Shown: piece by piece, positions 1-10,119 of the stretch | How the letters are laid out: the number at the start of each line of letters is the position of its first letter | How positions within the stretch are numbered: the first letter of the stretch is position 1 | DNA from: Nitrosopumilus sp. | GTDB lineage: Archaea; Thermoproteota; Nitrososphaeria; Nitrososphaerales; Nitrosopumilaceae | NCBI GenBank assembly: GCA_965223425.1 | Contig: OZ245003.1 | Span: 1,056,001-1,120,000 of the forward strand | Length of the DNA stretch: 64,000 bases | Direction: 5' to 3' | Notes under the pieces: generated by a model | Told to the model about the DNA's origin: nothing | What the model saw: the letters and a program-made list of their open reading frames with translations, nothing else | The model's database searches: none | Program-made: the position numbers and the translations under genes

Positions 1-380
1 ACATCTTTGGAGCTTTGGCGGCAAACGCATTTTACTTTATGTTTTATGAAAAGTCAAACAGCGACAGCTTTTGCAGCTTTTTGGAACGGGTTCACAAAAG
101 ATTCGGCAAGGTGCTGCTGTTTGTAGACAATGCGTCATATCACAAATCCAAAAAGGCAAGGGAGTTTCTGGAAAGATACAACGGCGAGATAGTTCTGGAG
201 TACCTGCTGCCGTACACGCCGGAGCTTAATCCCATTGAGATGCAGTGGAGGGTGATAAAACGGGTACTGTCTGCAAAAGTGTTTGGCACGCTAGATGAGA
301 TGGAGCAGTCAGTACGCAAGCTGTTTGCCAGAAAGGAGATCCTGCCTGTGAAAATGTTCAATTATTTAATGTGCTAACTA
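1..380 (+). mobile_element. IS630-family element (type a), 3' part truncated by window edge; transposase C-terminus 15..377
   Basis: DNASYH and YTPELNPIE motifs; near-identical to 37762..38871; ends ...ATTTAATGTGCTAACTA, followed by CA. Confidence 0.9.
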
Positions 381-857
381 CAGGAGTACAGCTTACGCTG
401 GGAAAGCCCTCTCCGCATTACGGCAGTCTTATGCGACCAGGTTGTAGCAGATGCACTTTAGGACAAGCTGCAGCCTTCTCATGGATGCCGTCCTTGCACG
501 GGCTACTGCGCCGAACCTCTCCTTCATGACAGAAAACGTGTTCTCCACCAACTGCGCTGGCCGTAGGCCTTTGCAAACCCGCACGGGTCGTCCCTGTGCC
601 AACGAAGCATTTTTCCCATGGGGTTAAACCCCCTAGGAACAGAGTTCTTCTTGGGACATATGACCGGCCCCCTTCCGCTGTCTGCAATGATACGGCAGTT
701 CTTCCTTGAGAGGTATGCCGCATCCAGCAGGACGTGGCCGCCGGTGTCGCCGTGCGGGGGATCCTCCCGTACATGTCGCAGAACACCGGCGAGTCGTGCT
801 TTCTGCCGCACGTCACCTCGCACGCAGATACCATGCCGTGCGGGGCCACCAGCACGT

Positions 858-2223
858 CAGTAGTTCCCAGATGTAGACTTGTGCCCAGATGTAGGTTTAT
901 GCCCAGATGCCGGTGCGTTACCGCATAACTGCAATGCAAAGATCCAGATTAGGCTACGGCGTGCAATATGTCATGAAAGTCGAATTACATGACGAACTGA
1001 TCGCACGCCAGTACAATATAACATCAAACCGGTTTAAAATCTTGCGCTCGTCGTTTCAAAAGCTTGGCATGCCAATGTCTGAGAGGCACAACGCCGTATA
1101 CGGATGCAATGACATACTGGACGTGCTAATCAAGGCGTCTGAGAGAAACACGTTTGTAGAATCCCTCGTACGGCACAACAGGCTTCAAGACACGGGTGCA
1201 CGTACGCCTGATGCAGACCTGGTCATGTCTGCAGTCCGTGGCGTCAAACCGGCAGACGTGCAGGCCTGGTGTGCAAGGACGCTGGCACGCACGGTGCGGC
1301 ACGCCCGCCGTGCAGGAATGCTGCAGGACATCGACGCCATTGCAATAGACGTTACGGACATACCATACCATGGAGAGCAGCTGCAGGAGCATACAAGAAA
1401 GTCGCGTCCAAGGGCAGGAACATCCACGTTTCTCTCGTATGTCGCAGTGCACGGAGTCGGCAGGGACTCCTCGCAGATTGTCCTGGAATCGAAGCTACTA
1501 CCGGCAAAGGAAAAACTGGCCGATTTTATAGCCAAAACACGCACGAAAATCCTCAGAGGGGGCGCACACTCAAAGACTGTGTTCCTGTACGACCGCGCCT
1601 TTTACAACGTTGACTGCATGACAGAGGCAGGAAAGGGCGGGTGCCGCTACATTATGCCTGTCATCATGAACTCCAAGATCAAGAGGATAGTCAAGATGTA
1701 CAAGGACGGAAAGGCAAGCCAGGTATCGCAGCAGTCAATGACCAACAAAGACGGCGTAACTGTGACCTACAACCTTGTAATTGTCAAAAGAGACAGGAAG
1801 AAGAAGAAAAAGGGGGAGGAGGAGGAGGAGGAGGAGCAATACATTGCGTTTGCAACAAACATTCCCATCAGGAGCGCCAGAGCCATGACAGGCATCATAC
1901 CGGAGCAGTACCGCAAGAGATGGGGCATCGAGACGGGGTTTCGCGTCATAAAGGAGATCATGGGCAGGACATGCAGCAACTCCCTGTCTGTGAGGCTGCT
2001 GATGTTTTACCTGCCGCTGCTGCTGTACAACCTGTGGAGGATTGCCAGGTTCTGCCTTGATGCGGGAAAGAGGCATGGAAGAGTGTCTTCTGCGGGAAAA
2101 AAACTCACCATGGCGTTGTTTATCGTGTACATTACAAGCAGAAACGAGTTGTTTGTCAATGATCGAGGCAAGTAGAACCGATGCCAGTTGCGGTTGCGGT
2201 AAATCTACATCTGGGAACTACTG
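858..2223 (+). mobile_element. ISH3/IS4-like element A, complete copy
   Basis: 20-bp TIR CAGTAGTTCCCAGATGTAGA / TCTACATCTGGGAACTACTG; 4-bp TSD ACGT (854-857, 2224-2227); 18-bp subterminal repeats at left end. Confidence 0.9.
907..2175 (+). CDS. DDE transposase (ISH3/IS4-like)
   Basis: AIDVT, LYDRAFY and YRKRWGIETGFRVIK motifs; exact start uncertain. Confidence 0.88.
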   Translation: MPVRYRITAMQRSRLGYGVQYVMKVELHDELIARQYNITSNRFKILRSSFQKLGMPMSERHNAVYGCNDILDVLIKASERNTFVESLVRHNRLQDTGARTPDADLVMSAVRGVKPADVQAWCARTLARTVRHARRAGMLQDIDAIAIDVTDIPYHGEQLQEHTRKSRPRAGTSTFLSYVAVHGVGRDSSQIVLESKLLPAKEKLADFIAKTRTKILRGGAHSKTVFLYDRAFYNVDCMTEAGKGGCRYIMPVIMNSKIKRIVKMYKDGKASQVSQQSMTNKDGVTVTYNLVIVKRDRKKKKKGEEEEEEEQYIAFATNIPIRSARAMTGIIPEQYRKRWGIETGFRVIKEIMGRTCSNSLSVRLLMFYLPLLLYNLWRIARFCLDAGKRHGRVSSAGKKLTMALFIVYITSRNELFVNDRGK

Positions 2224-2912
2224 ACGTGCAGCTTGTCAAACTCGCGCCTTGAGACGAGTCCTTTCTTGGCCTCCTCCCAGTCCACGTAATTCATGATGGA
2301 GAACCCAGACGAGTCGCCTATGACGGTGCCGCACGCGTCGTCTCCTGCCTGTGCCAGAAGCAGTCCTGCGAGCTGCTCGGTCCTGCTGACAGCGCTTTTG
2401 CCATGTTGTGCAGTGACGATTTTGATGGAATCCTTTAGGCCGTAGGCGTTTACCGTACCCGGGTGCAGTTCCATGTACGTGACGTGAACCCTGTACGAGT
2501 GGTTACGGAACACCATGTCCAGCACGCACAATAGTGCCGATGTCTCGTCCTTGGAGGCGCCCTTCAAGACGGCGGGGATCATTTCTTTGAGTTTTTTGAT
2601 CCTCGTCACTATCTTGTTGCCCTTGCCCCTCCTCCGCTTCTTCTCGTATGCTGAATAGTTCCGGCACATCTGGATCCTGTACCTTCGGACGTGGGCGTCA
2701 TGCTGTCCGTTTTTCCTGCCCTTTTTTCGTCGTTTTGACATTGACGTGGTGCCAAGCCCGTGATCCAAAAGCCTTGCAGCAGGATTTCGTCATGATCTAT
2801 AAGCTTTTCTGGAAATTTCCGGGAAAAATTTGGACAGCACCGAAATGCTAAAAAAATTTTATAATGTTAATTATGCATAAGGTCTAATGATGATATGCAG
2901 CATTTGTAAAAA

Positions 2913-3173
2913 TCATTTTTTGTAGATTTGGGAGCGATGTTTTATTTTGAATACATGCAAAATGAGTTTGTCATTTATGACATGCACAATCCCCCGATAT
3001 TGCCCAATACGAAATTTGTAAAATGGTGAGTTTGTCATCTTTTCAAGCAACCCATACGGATCCAGTGCAATTTCATCCATCAACAAGATTACTTTTTTTG
3101 CAATGTCTGGATGAATGTGATCCAGATCTTTTTGGGCTTTGTCAGAATAGATGACCTTCCAAACAACTGTCAA
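2913..3173 (-). CDS. RelE/ParE-family toxin
   Basis: 86 aa basic protein; YSDKAQKDL, YKFRIGQYR and KHRSQIYK pattern. Confidence 0.8.
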   Translation of the reverse strand: MTVVWKVIYSDKAQKDLDHIHPDIAKKVILLMDEIALDPYGLLEKMTNSPFYKFRIGQYRGIVHVINDKLILHVFKIKHRSQIYKK

Positions 3174-3174
3174 A

Positions 3175-3411
3175 TTACAATCCGTATTTTTTTTTCATCT
3201 GCTCTTGAGTCATGTAGTTGCCTTGTTCAATGTCTGCAACTGATGCTTTTATCTCAGCAATGTCATTTTCTGTAAGTAGTTCTTCATCCTCTTCTTTCTG
3301 GTGTTTTAGAATTCGATTAATCATGTTCTCCATTGATTCACCAGGATAATTCTTGAACTTCTCCCACTCTTCTTTTGACTTTTTTGATACGGCAATACTG
3401 GTTTGTTCCAT
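3175..3411 (-). CDS. putative antitoxin (RHH-like N-terminus, acidic C-terminus)
   Basis: 78 aa, directly upstream of the RelE-like gene; typical EQMKKKYGL tail. Confidence 0.7.
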   Translation of the reverse strand: MEQTSIAVSKKSKEEWEKFKNYPGESMENMINRILKHQKEEDEELLTENDIAEIKASVADIEQGNYMTQEQMKKKYGL

Positions 3412-4092
3412 GTATACCTATAGATAGACATATTATTTAATGATTTTTTGGAAAAAATCTGTTTTGCGCCTAAAGTCTAAACACCTTTTATCAAAGTCAA
3501 ATTTCAGGCACAAAATCAGTTTGCCAGATTACGGATTTAGTTTTTGGGAATGACACAAATTCTCTTGTAATGTTTTGTGCAGATGGCATGGTAGTATTAC
3601 AATTGCATTATACAGTTAGGCACGATCGTTAAACTATCCTATGATTTTGAGAATTTTTGAGAAAAGCAAATGATGCCTGATGTTCGTGGAATATTTTTGG
3701 GATTTAGCTGTTATGTGTTGGTGTTAAACCCCTCTAACTTGGTAAAAATACAGCTCATCAAATGCACTATCTAGCCGGAAATAAACACAGTCAGTCTTCC
3801 CAGAAGTACCTCGAAAATAGTTTCTAAACAGTAACAGATCAATTAGGGCAGTCCCAGAAGGCCTTCATGCACCACCAAAAAGACCAACTGGGACGTGACA
3901 TGCTTAACAATCCACGCATATATCAAGATGTCCTAGAGACAGTAAACTTTATGCGTAATTGACCCGTCAAATTTTTTCTGCAGCATACATTACCAAGACA
4001 CACAAAGCCAGTCCAGGAAATTATTTAATTTTGACGCAAAAGGCCGTGTAAATTCGCAGAAATTAGAAATCCGTGCGCACTCTTGCGATGCG

Positions 4093-4126
<34 letters not shown>

Positions 4127-4700
4127 GCACCCTGTATCGTACCGTCAATAACCAAGTGACGGCCGCTTTCTTTTCGCATCCCACAGCAGTTGAAAGTTCG
4201 CAAGGCCGGTACACACAGCCAGCTCCTCGCGAAACTCCTCTACCGTGCCGTCATACGGGTCTGTCATCCTTGCCCACTGCTTTATTCTTCCGATGGCGTG
4301 CCCCGCCTTTACCCTCTTGGCGCTGATCCTTTTGTTGGAGTCCTTTTGCTGCTGCGTCAGCTCCGTCCGCGGCCTCTTTTTTCCGGCATCTCAAGTGCTA
4401 TTCCCGTGTAGTGATTGGCATCCCTGGTATCCCTTGTCTGCAAGTACTCGTATCCTGTCCTTTTCCGGAGTGTCCTTTTTGTACATGGATTCAGACCACC
4501 TGCCAAAGTCTATCGGATCCTCTCTTATCATGGCAAGATCGTGCGTCCCGCCCTCAAAGGACCTGCCTGCTGCAAGTATCAGGCCTGCCCTGTTTGTTGT
4601 TATGGCGGTGTTAATCGTAAAGCGCTTCTTTTTGCCAGAGTACGTGTTTTTTCTTTTATCCTTGTCCTGCGGACGCTGCCTTGGCACCACCTCGGTGCCG

Positions 4701-4788
4701 TAGTTCACACACAAAATTTTGGAATGAAAATCTGGTTTTTTACGAATGAAATTCATGCTAAATGTTCCAAAAATTTATGTGCTTACTA
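4701..4788. mobile_element. 88-bp IS630-type MITE
   Basis: TIR TAGTTCACACACAAAATTTTGGAA / TAGTAAGCACATAAATTTTTGGAA; flanked by CG..CG; removal restores IIDGTE codons. Confidence 0.85.
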
Positions 4789-5303
4789 CGTCAATTATGA
4801 TGGTTCTGTCCGGCATTAGCTGCTCTAGCTGCTCTGATGTCTCGGCCTTTTTTACCAGACGGGTCATCCTGTCTGCAGTAGGCAGGATCCCTGCCAGCAC
4901 GGAATCTGCGAACCGGAGGTACCTGCACACGGTGGACTGATCCACATCAAACAGCACTCCCAGTGCATCCTGCGTCACGTTTGAGCGCCTGCGGAACAGC
5001 GCCATGAGCAGAACAGATCTGCGGCCAGGCAGGCAGCGGTTTCCGGGATCCGGTGTCCCGTCCTCTGAAAAGAGCGGCGCGTCTTTGTTGTGCCTCTTTG
5101 ACTCTACCACAAAGTCATTGCAGATGTAGTCAAACTGGTCAAGGTCATACGGTAATCCCTGCAAGCTTTGCGCTGTTGTGCAGTATGCCGTGGATCACCT
5201 CCCTGCTGTGCAGCAGCGACGTGTCCGTATCAGAGCGGCCTGCATCTGTAACGGCCCACAGGCTGTCCTCGCGCAGCAGGCCAATCGTCTTCTCGCGCCT
5301 GCT

Positions 5304-5429
5304 GATTGCTGCGTCCTTTTGCTTGATTGCTCTGTTGTTCTGCTTGATTGCTCTGTTGTTCTGCTTGATTGCTCTGTTGTTCTGCTTGATTGCTGCGTCC
5401 TTTTGCTTGATTGCTGTGTCCTTTTGTTT
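5304..5429 (-). repeat. 21-bp tandem repeat x6 encoding heptads (AIKQKDA/AIKQNNR)
   Basis: direct reading; lies in the transposase N-terminus. Confidence 0.9.
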
Positions 5430-5639
5430 GAGCTCCCTTTGCAGCCTGCGTATAGTCTGTTCTGAAGATTCCATTACCTGTTGCGGCGATCAAAATGGAT
5501 CTAAATCTTTCGGAAAAATTTTTATGATTCAATTATGCATAAAGTCTATTGTATCATGTCTTTGATTGCAGAATGTTGCCAAAACCACCGCCACCGGTGC
5601 TGCCGTGAGGTACTTTTGGGAAGACTGTACAGCTAAAGG

Positions 5640-6677
5640 CTACATCTTTGGATCAAGGCCTTTTGCCAACCTTAGCGCGTCTACAAGTCCATCTGCATAC
5701 CCGATACTCAAAATTGCTACCTCGTCTTGGCCATCTTGCAGGAATTTTTCTGCATCTTGTATGTACGACCCTGCATTTTCTAAAACCCCTTGGAATTCTT
5801 TTTGATCCTTGTAGTGTGGCTCAACTTCTTCAAGTGCCTCTCTGACCATTGGAACGTACTTTTCTATCATCTGAATTGAAATCTTTTTTGTTTTTTCAGA
5901 ATTATCAAATGGCTCATCAATACATTTGCCCAGTATTTTTAAAGCGTCTGACTCTGTAAAGTGCAATTTACCAGGTATTATCACTGTGTGTGGGGGCTTT
6001 CCGAAATTTTTCTTCTTCAAACTAGATATCTTACCTGAAATAATTGACTGGTCTCCGAATCCGACTCTTGATGCCACTATGGCATAAGTAGTTGAACTTG
6101 TGACCTTTCTTCTTTGCCCTTTCTCTGTCTCTAATAGCCCGCTTAACGCATCCTTGGGATCCAAGAAAAAATCCCTGTCTTGATCATACTCTAAAAGAAG
6201 TACGGTGTGATTTCCTTCGATGATATTCTTGTAAATTATGTAATATGGCGTTGTAAGTGATTTTGCCTCACTCATTATTGTTGCAATTCTTCCAACTTTG
6301 TAAAAATGTAAACCACATTCACCTATCATCGAAGTAAGCGATGATGATGCATGAATTGAATACGTCTTTATTTTTTCTTCCATCGCTCTTGTTCTTAATT
6401 CAATATGCGTTGTTGCAATGTAGGGATCTCCATATGAAAGCAAAACAACTTTTTTCTTTTTTGCGTTTTGTAAAATCTCATTTCCGTCTTCTACCAGCCA
6501 TCTTTTTGCAGGTTTGAATTCCCCTTTTGTCGCATTTTTGATTTTAGCTAAATCAGGCTTTCTGATGGGACTGGTAAACTGCTCAAGATATACAATGTCT
6601 GCTTTTGATAAGATGTCTAATGCTGTATTGGGAATTGATTTGAATCCGGAAATTCCTAGTCCCACAAACCAAAGCAT
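5640..6677 (-). CDS. dph5: diphthine synthase with C-terminal DUF357-like extension
   Basis: GLG, YLEQFTS, GDPYIATTH, HASS, GEC-GLHFYK motifs. Confidence 0.9.
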   Translation of the reverse strand: MLWFVGLGISGFKSIPNTALDILSKADIVYLEQFTSPIRKPDLAKIKNATKGEFKPAKRWLVEDGNEILQNAKKKKVVLLSYGDPYIATTHIELRTRAMEEKIKTYSIHASSSLTSMIGECGLHFYKVGRIATIMSEAKSLTTPYYIIYKNIIEGNHTVLLLEYDQDRDFFLDPKDALSGLLETEKGQRRKVTSSTTYAIVASRVGFGDQSIISGKISSLKKKNFGKPPHTVIIPGKLHFTESDALKILGKCIDEPFDNSEKTKKISIQMIEKYVPMVREALEEVEPHYKDQKEFQGVLENAGSYIQDAEKFLQDGQDEVAILSIGYADGLVDALRLAKGLDPKM

Positions 6678-7804
6678 TACTGCACCTTTCTGTCATGAAG
6701 TCTTTTTAAATGCTGAATAGTTTTCTTGAAAACTTCTATTCCCCTTAGATACTCATCGATTGAAACTTTCTCGTCTATCGTGTGAGCTTCGTGAGGATCC
6801 CCCGGACCATACGTGACTACGGGGATCTTCCATTGGTTTCCAAGAACGTTCATGTCGCCTGTTCCTGTTTTTCGAATTAGCGTTGGTCTTGAATGCTCCA
6901 CGTCCATGATTCCAAGAGTAAATGCCCTGACTAGCGGTGAATTATGTGGTGCCTCAAATGGCTCTGTTTCATCAAGGATTGAATAAAATGCCTCTACCCC
7001 TCGCCTCCCTGCAATCTCTTTTACCCAAGTCTCAATCTTTTGTTCAGTTGATTTACAGTTCATATCAACTGGAATTCTAATGTCAAAAATAGTTTCACAT
7101 TCTTTTGGAGTTACATTGTGGCTGATACCCCCTTTGATTTCAGTCACAGTTGCAGTCAACAACATTCCTTTGGTTTTGCCATCTTGATTTTCTTCTAGTC
7201 TCTCTTTGAGTTCTTTTGCAAAAACCATCGACTCTTCAATTGCATTTTTTGAAAGCCAAGGCGCACTTGCATGAGAACTATCCTCTACGCTGATTTTGAG
7301 ATTAATGGCCAGTCTTCCTTTGTATGCAATTGTAACCTGTTTGATCCCGCTTGGCTCTCCAAAGACTGCATAGTCTATGCCCATCTCTTTTTTTACAAGA
7401 TTTTTTACTCCCGTTGCAGTTCCTTCCTCATCTACAGCTGCTACAAAAATTATAGTTCCGTTGTTGTTTTGAATTGATGATGCGGCAAATAGCATTGCAA
7501 TTAATGGCGCCTTTGCGTCTGATGCCCCGCGTCCGTAGAGCGAATCCCCCTCCTTTCTAACCTTGACCTTCCCTGGAACAACGTCCATGTGTCCACATAA
7601 CATAATTTTTGGAGAGCCTGATCCTTTCTTTGCAATCACGTTTCCCACTTCGTCAATTTGAATATCTTCAAACCCCAAGTCATCACATTTATCAACTAAA
7701 AAATCTGCCATTGGCTTTTCACTGAGAGATGGCGTGTATAGCCTGAGTGCCTTTTCAAGTGTCTTCACTGCAAAACTTGGCGTTACTATAAAATGACTAG
7801 TCAA
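6677..7804 (-). CDS. lysK: [LysW]-lysine/[LysW]-ornithine hydrolase (M20)
   Basis: GHMDVV, GRGASDAK, DEE, TGTGDMN, AHTIDE; operon context. Confidence 0.88.
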   Translation of the reverse strand: MTSHFIVTPSFAVKTLEKALRLYTPSLSEKPMADFLVDKCDDLGFEDIQIDEVGNVIAKKGSGSPKIMLCGHMDVVPGKVKVRKEGDSLYGRGASDAKAPLIAMLFAASSIQNNNGTIIFVAAVDEEGTATGVKNLVKKEMGIDYAVFGEPSGIKQVTIAYKGRLAINLKISVEDSSHASAPWLSKNAIEESMVFAKELKERLEENQDGKTKGMLLTATVTEIKGGISHNVTPKECETIFDIRIPVDMNCKSTEQKIETWVKEIAGRRGVEAFYSILDETEPFEAPHNSPLVRAFTLGIMDVEHSRPTLIRKTGTGDMNVLGNQWKIPVVTYGPGDPHEAHTIDEKVSIDEYLRGIEVFKKTIQHLKRLHDRKVQ

Positions 7805-7807
7805 TTC

Positions 7808-8650
7808 TTACCTGCCCATTTTCAGTGCATAATCAAGCATTAATGAAGGAATGTCTGTTTCACACACCCTCACTGTATTCTTGTATTCTGTTGTATTGTT
7901 AACCTCATGAACCACTAATCCTTTCTCATCACTTTCCATCAAATCTACACCTACGATATCTCCCTGAACTGCATTTTTTGCCTTAATACACATTTCTTCC
8001 ATCTCTGGTGTGGCCCTGCATGGTTCTGCCACTCCTCCAAGTGCCATGTTAGTTTTCCAATGGTCTGAATTTCTGTAAATTGCTGCAACTATTTTGTCTC
8101 CTACCATTATGGCTCTGATGTCTCTTGGAGGTCTTTTTACAAATTCTTCCAAGTAATGAATGTGGTAAATTGGATACATGTTTTCCCTGCTCTCAATAAT
8201 TCCTTCAGCAGAATCTTTGTCATTTAGTTTTGAGATTAGTCTGCCCCAACTGCCAACTGTCGGTTTGATTACTTTGGGGAATCCCTGCGTTTCTAGTGCT
8301 TGCACAGCTGCTTCCTTTGAAAACGCAACTGTTGCATCGGGAGTTGGCACTCCAAATTTTTTCAATAACATGTGTGTGAACAATTTATTTCCCGCAAAAA
8401 CACCTGTGTTAAGACAATTAATTACCTTGACTCCCAACCCTTCAAGAGCTGCAGTTGAATGCAAATTTCTATAGTAGCTTACACATCTCTGAATAACTAT
8501 GCCGTAATCTTCAGGCTTTTTTTCTAAATCCAGCGCTAATCTCTTACAATCAACCATCTGGATGTTGACATTCTTTTTTTTACCAGCTTCTAGTAGAGCT
8601 TTTTCTTCCCAACGGATGGTATCATAAAGAATGGTAACGTCAGGATTCAC
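7808..8650 (-). CDS. lysX: alpha-aminoadipate-LysW ligase (ATP-grasp)
   Basis: RWEEK, GSWGR, EYKN signature; likely GTG start at 8650 overlapping the lysW stop. Confidence 0.85.
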   Translation of the reverse strand: MNPDVTILYDTIRWEEKALLEAGKKKNVNIQMVDCKRLALDLEKKPEDYGIVIQRCVSYYRNLHSTAALEGLGVKVINCLNTGVFAGNKLFTHMLLKKFGVPTPDATVAFSKEAAVQALETQGFPKVIKPTVGSWGRLISKLNDKDSAEGIIESRENMYPIYHIHYLEEFVKRPPRDIRAIMVGDKIVAAIYRNSDHWKTNMALGGVAEPCRATPEMEEMCIKAKNAVQGDIVGVDLMESDEKGLVVHEVNNTTEYKNTVRVCETDIPSLMLDYALKMGR

Positions 8651-8814
8651 TGTCCCCAATCCTCGCCAACCGTTTGGGCAGGCTTTAGATCGAAACCGTC
8701 TGAACCTTTAGCTAATTCAAAACTTGCACCACATTCTGGACACGTTACAATCTCCCCTTCAAGTGCGTCGCCTGGTATGGAAATATCTGCATCGCATTCT
8801 TCACATTTTGACAT
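8647..8814 (-). CDS. lysW: LysW carrier protein, Lys-branch copy, C-terminus EDWGQ (not in ORF track)
   Basis: manual translation MSKCEECDADISIPGDALEGEIVTCPECGASFELAKGSDGFDLKPAQTVGEDWGQ. Confidence 0.9.
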   Translation of the reverse strand: MSKCEECDADISIPGDALEGEIVTCPECGASFELAKGSDGFDLKPAQTVGEDWGQ

Positions 8815-8836
8815 ATTTTCTCTTCACTTTTTCTTT

Positions 8837-10003
8837 CTATTTATCATTAATTATCTTTTTTTCAAGCCTGTCTTCAAGTGGAATCTCGATAAGATCCCCC
8901 ATTCTGAGACCCTTTAACCCAGCTGCAACTGCTTTTGCGCCTTCATCATCTTTGTCAAGCCCCAATAACGACATTAGATAGGCAGCCCCTGTCTTTCCTG
9001 CTAGTTCCCCAAAAACAATCCTTCGCCTATTTCCGACTGCTCGCGGTGGAATGGGCTCATACGCTGCAGGATTTCTGAGAATTGCAGCCAGGTGGGTTCC
9101 TGCTTTGTGTTTGTATGCCGATGATCCTACGATTGGTTTTGAGTCATATGGCTTGATTGATGTGTATTCTTCAATTAGTCTGGACAGATCCAGTAGCATG
9201 TCTAGCCTAAAATCATTTGGTGATTTGTATAGGTAGGCAAGTGCCACTGCAACTTCTGCAAGAGGTGGAATCCCTGTCCTTTCCCCAATCCCGTCAATAG
9301 TGGTGTGAATTTGATCCACTCCTGCATCACATGCTGAAAATGCGTTTGCTACTGCAAACCCTATGTCATTGTGAACATGTGCATCTAACGGAACATCTAC
9401 TACATCTCTAACTTTTTTGACAAAATTATACATTCCAACCGGACGCAAAATTCCAACTGTATCTGGAAGACTGATTCTATCAACACCTGCCTCTTCAATT
9501 GCCTTGCACATTTTTAGTAAAAATTCAGGTTCTGTCCTGCTCCCGTCCTCTACTGTGAATCTAATTTTAAGACCGTGAGACTTTGCATACTCTACAGTCT
9601 CTACAGCTCTGTCAAGTGCTTCTTCCCTTGATATGCGCAGTTTGTCTTTTAGATGAATATATGAAATCCCTAAATATGCAGCACACCATTTTGCATCACA
9701 ATCTAACGAAGCATCAATATCTTCTTTGAGTGCTCGTCCATGAGAAACGATATCTGCCATTAATCCTTGCTTGATGATTGTTTTAGTCGCTTCTTTGTGA
9801 TCCCTAGATACAACTGGGGATATTTCAATTTGATCTACTCCAAAATAATCTAACATCCATGCAATCTGGATTCTTTGTTTGTTTGTAAATGAAACACCGG
9901 GATGTTGTTCCCCTTCTCTTAAAGTGCTATCTAGCACTCTGATCTTCTTTGGGGTTTTGTCATATGCATTGTAGATGTTTGCATAGTGATTCGGATCTTT
10001 CAT
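8837..10003 (-). CDS. homocitrate synthase (LeuA family)
   Basis: DSTLREGEQ, HVHND, GIGERTG; located in the lysine operon. Confidence 0.8.
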   Translation of the reverse strand: MKDPNHYANIYNAYDKTPKKIRVLDSTLREGEQHPGVSFTNKQRIQIAWMLDYFGVDQIEISPVVSRDHKEATKTIIKQGLMADIVSHGRALKEDIDASLDCDAKWCAAYLGISYIHLKDKLRISREEALDRAVETVEYAKSHGLKIRFTVEDGSRTEPEFLLKMCKAIEEAGVDRISLPDTVGILRPVGMYNFVKKVRDVVDVPLDAHVHNDIGFAVANAFSACDAGVDQIHTTIDGIGERTGIPPLAEVAVALAYLYKSPNDFRLDMLLDLSRLIEEYTSIKPYDSKPIVGSSAYKHKAGTHLAAILRNPAAYEPIPPRAVGNRRRIVFGELAGKTGAAYLMSLLGLDKDDEGAKAVAAGLKGLRMGDLIEIPLEDRLEKKIINDK

Positions 10004-10119
10004 TGCTAAAATCGTTGGTCAAAATTGAGAATATAAACATATTCGTACTATGTTCGTTGATAATAACTAATAATGATCCTAATCTAGTTTTGATTTGAAA
10101 TTATAATGCGAATGTCGTT

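Larger units (their letters stand above)
418..2768 (-). pseudogene. IS5-family transposase, split by an ISH3-like element and frameshifted
   Basis: N-part 2224..2768 (GDSSGF...FDKLHV) rejoins 418..857 (LVAPHG..VTCGRKHDSP, LLDAAY, YGQRS) once 858..2223 and one ACGT copy are removed. Confidence 0.8.

Noticed and set aside
3420-3940. Possible ncRNA, MITE or decayed gene
   Set aside because: Only weak inverted repeats and no recognisable ORF or structure.
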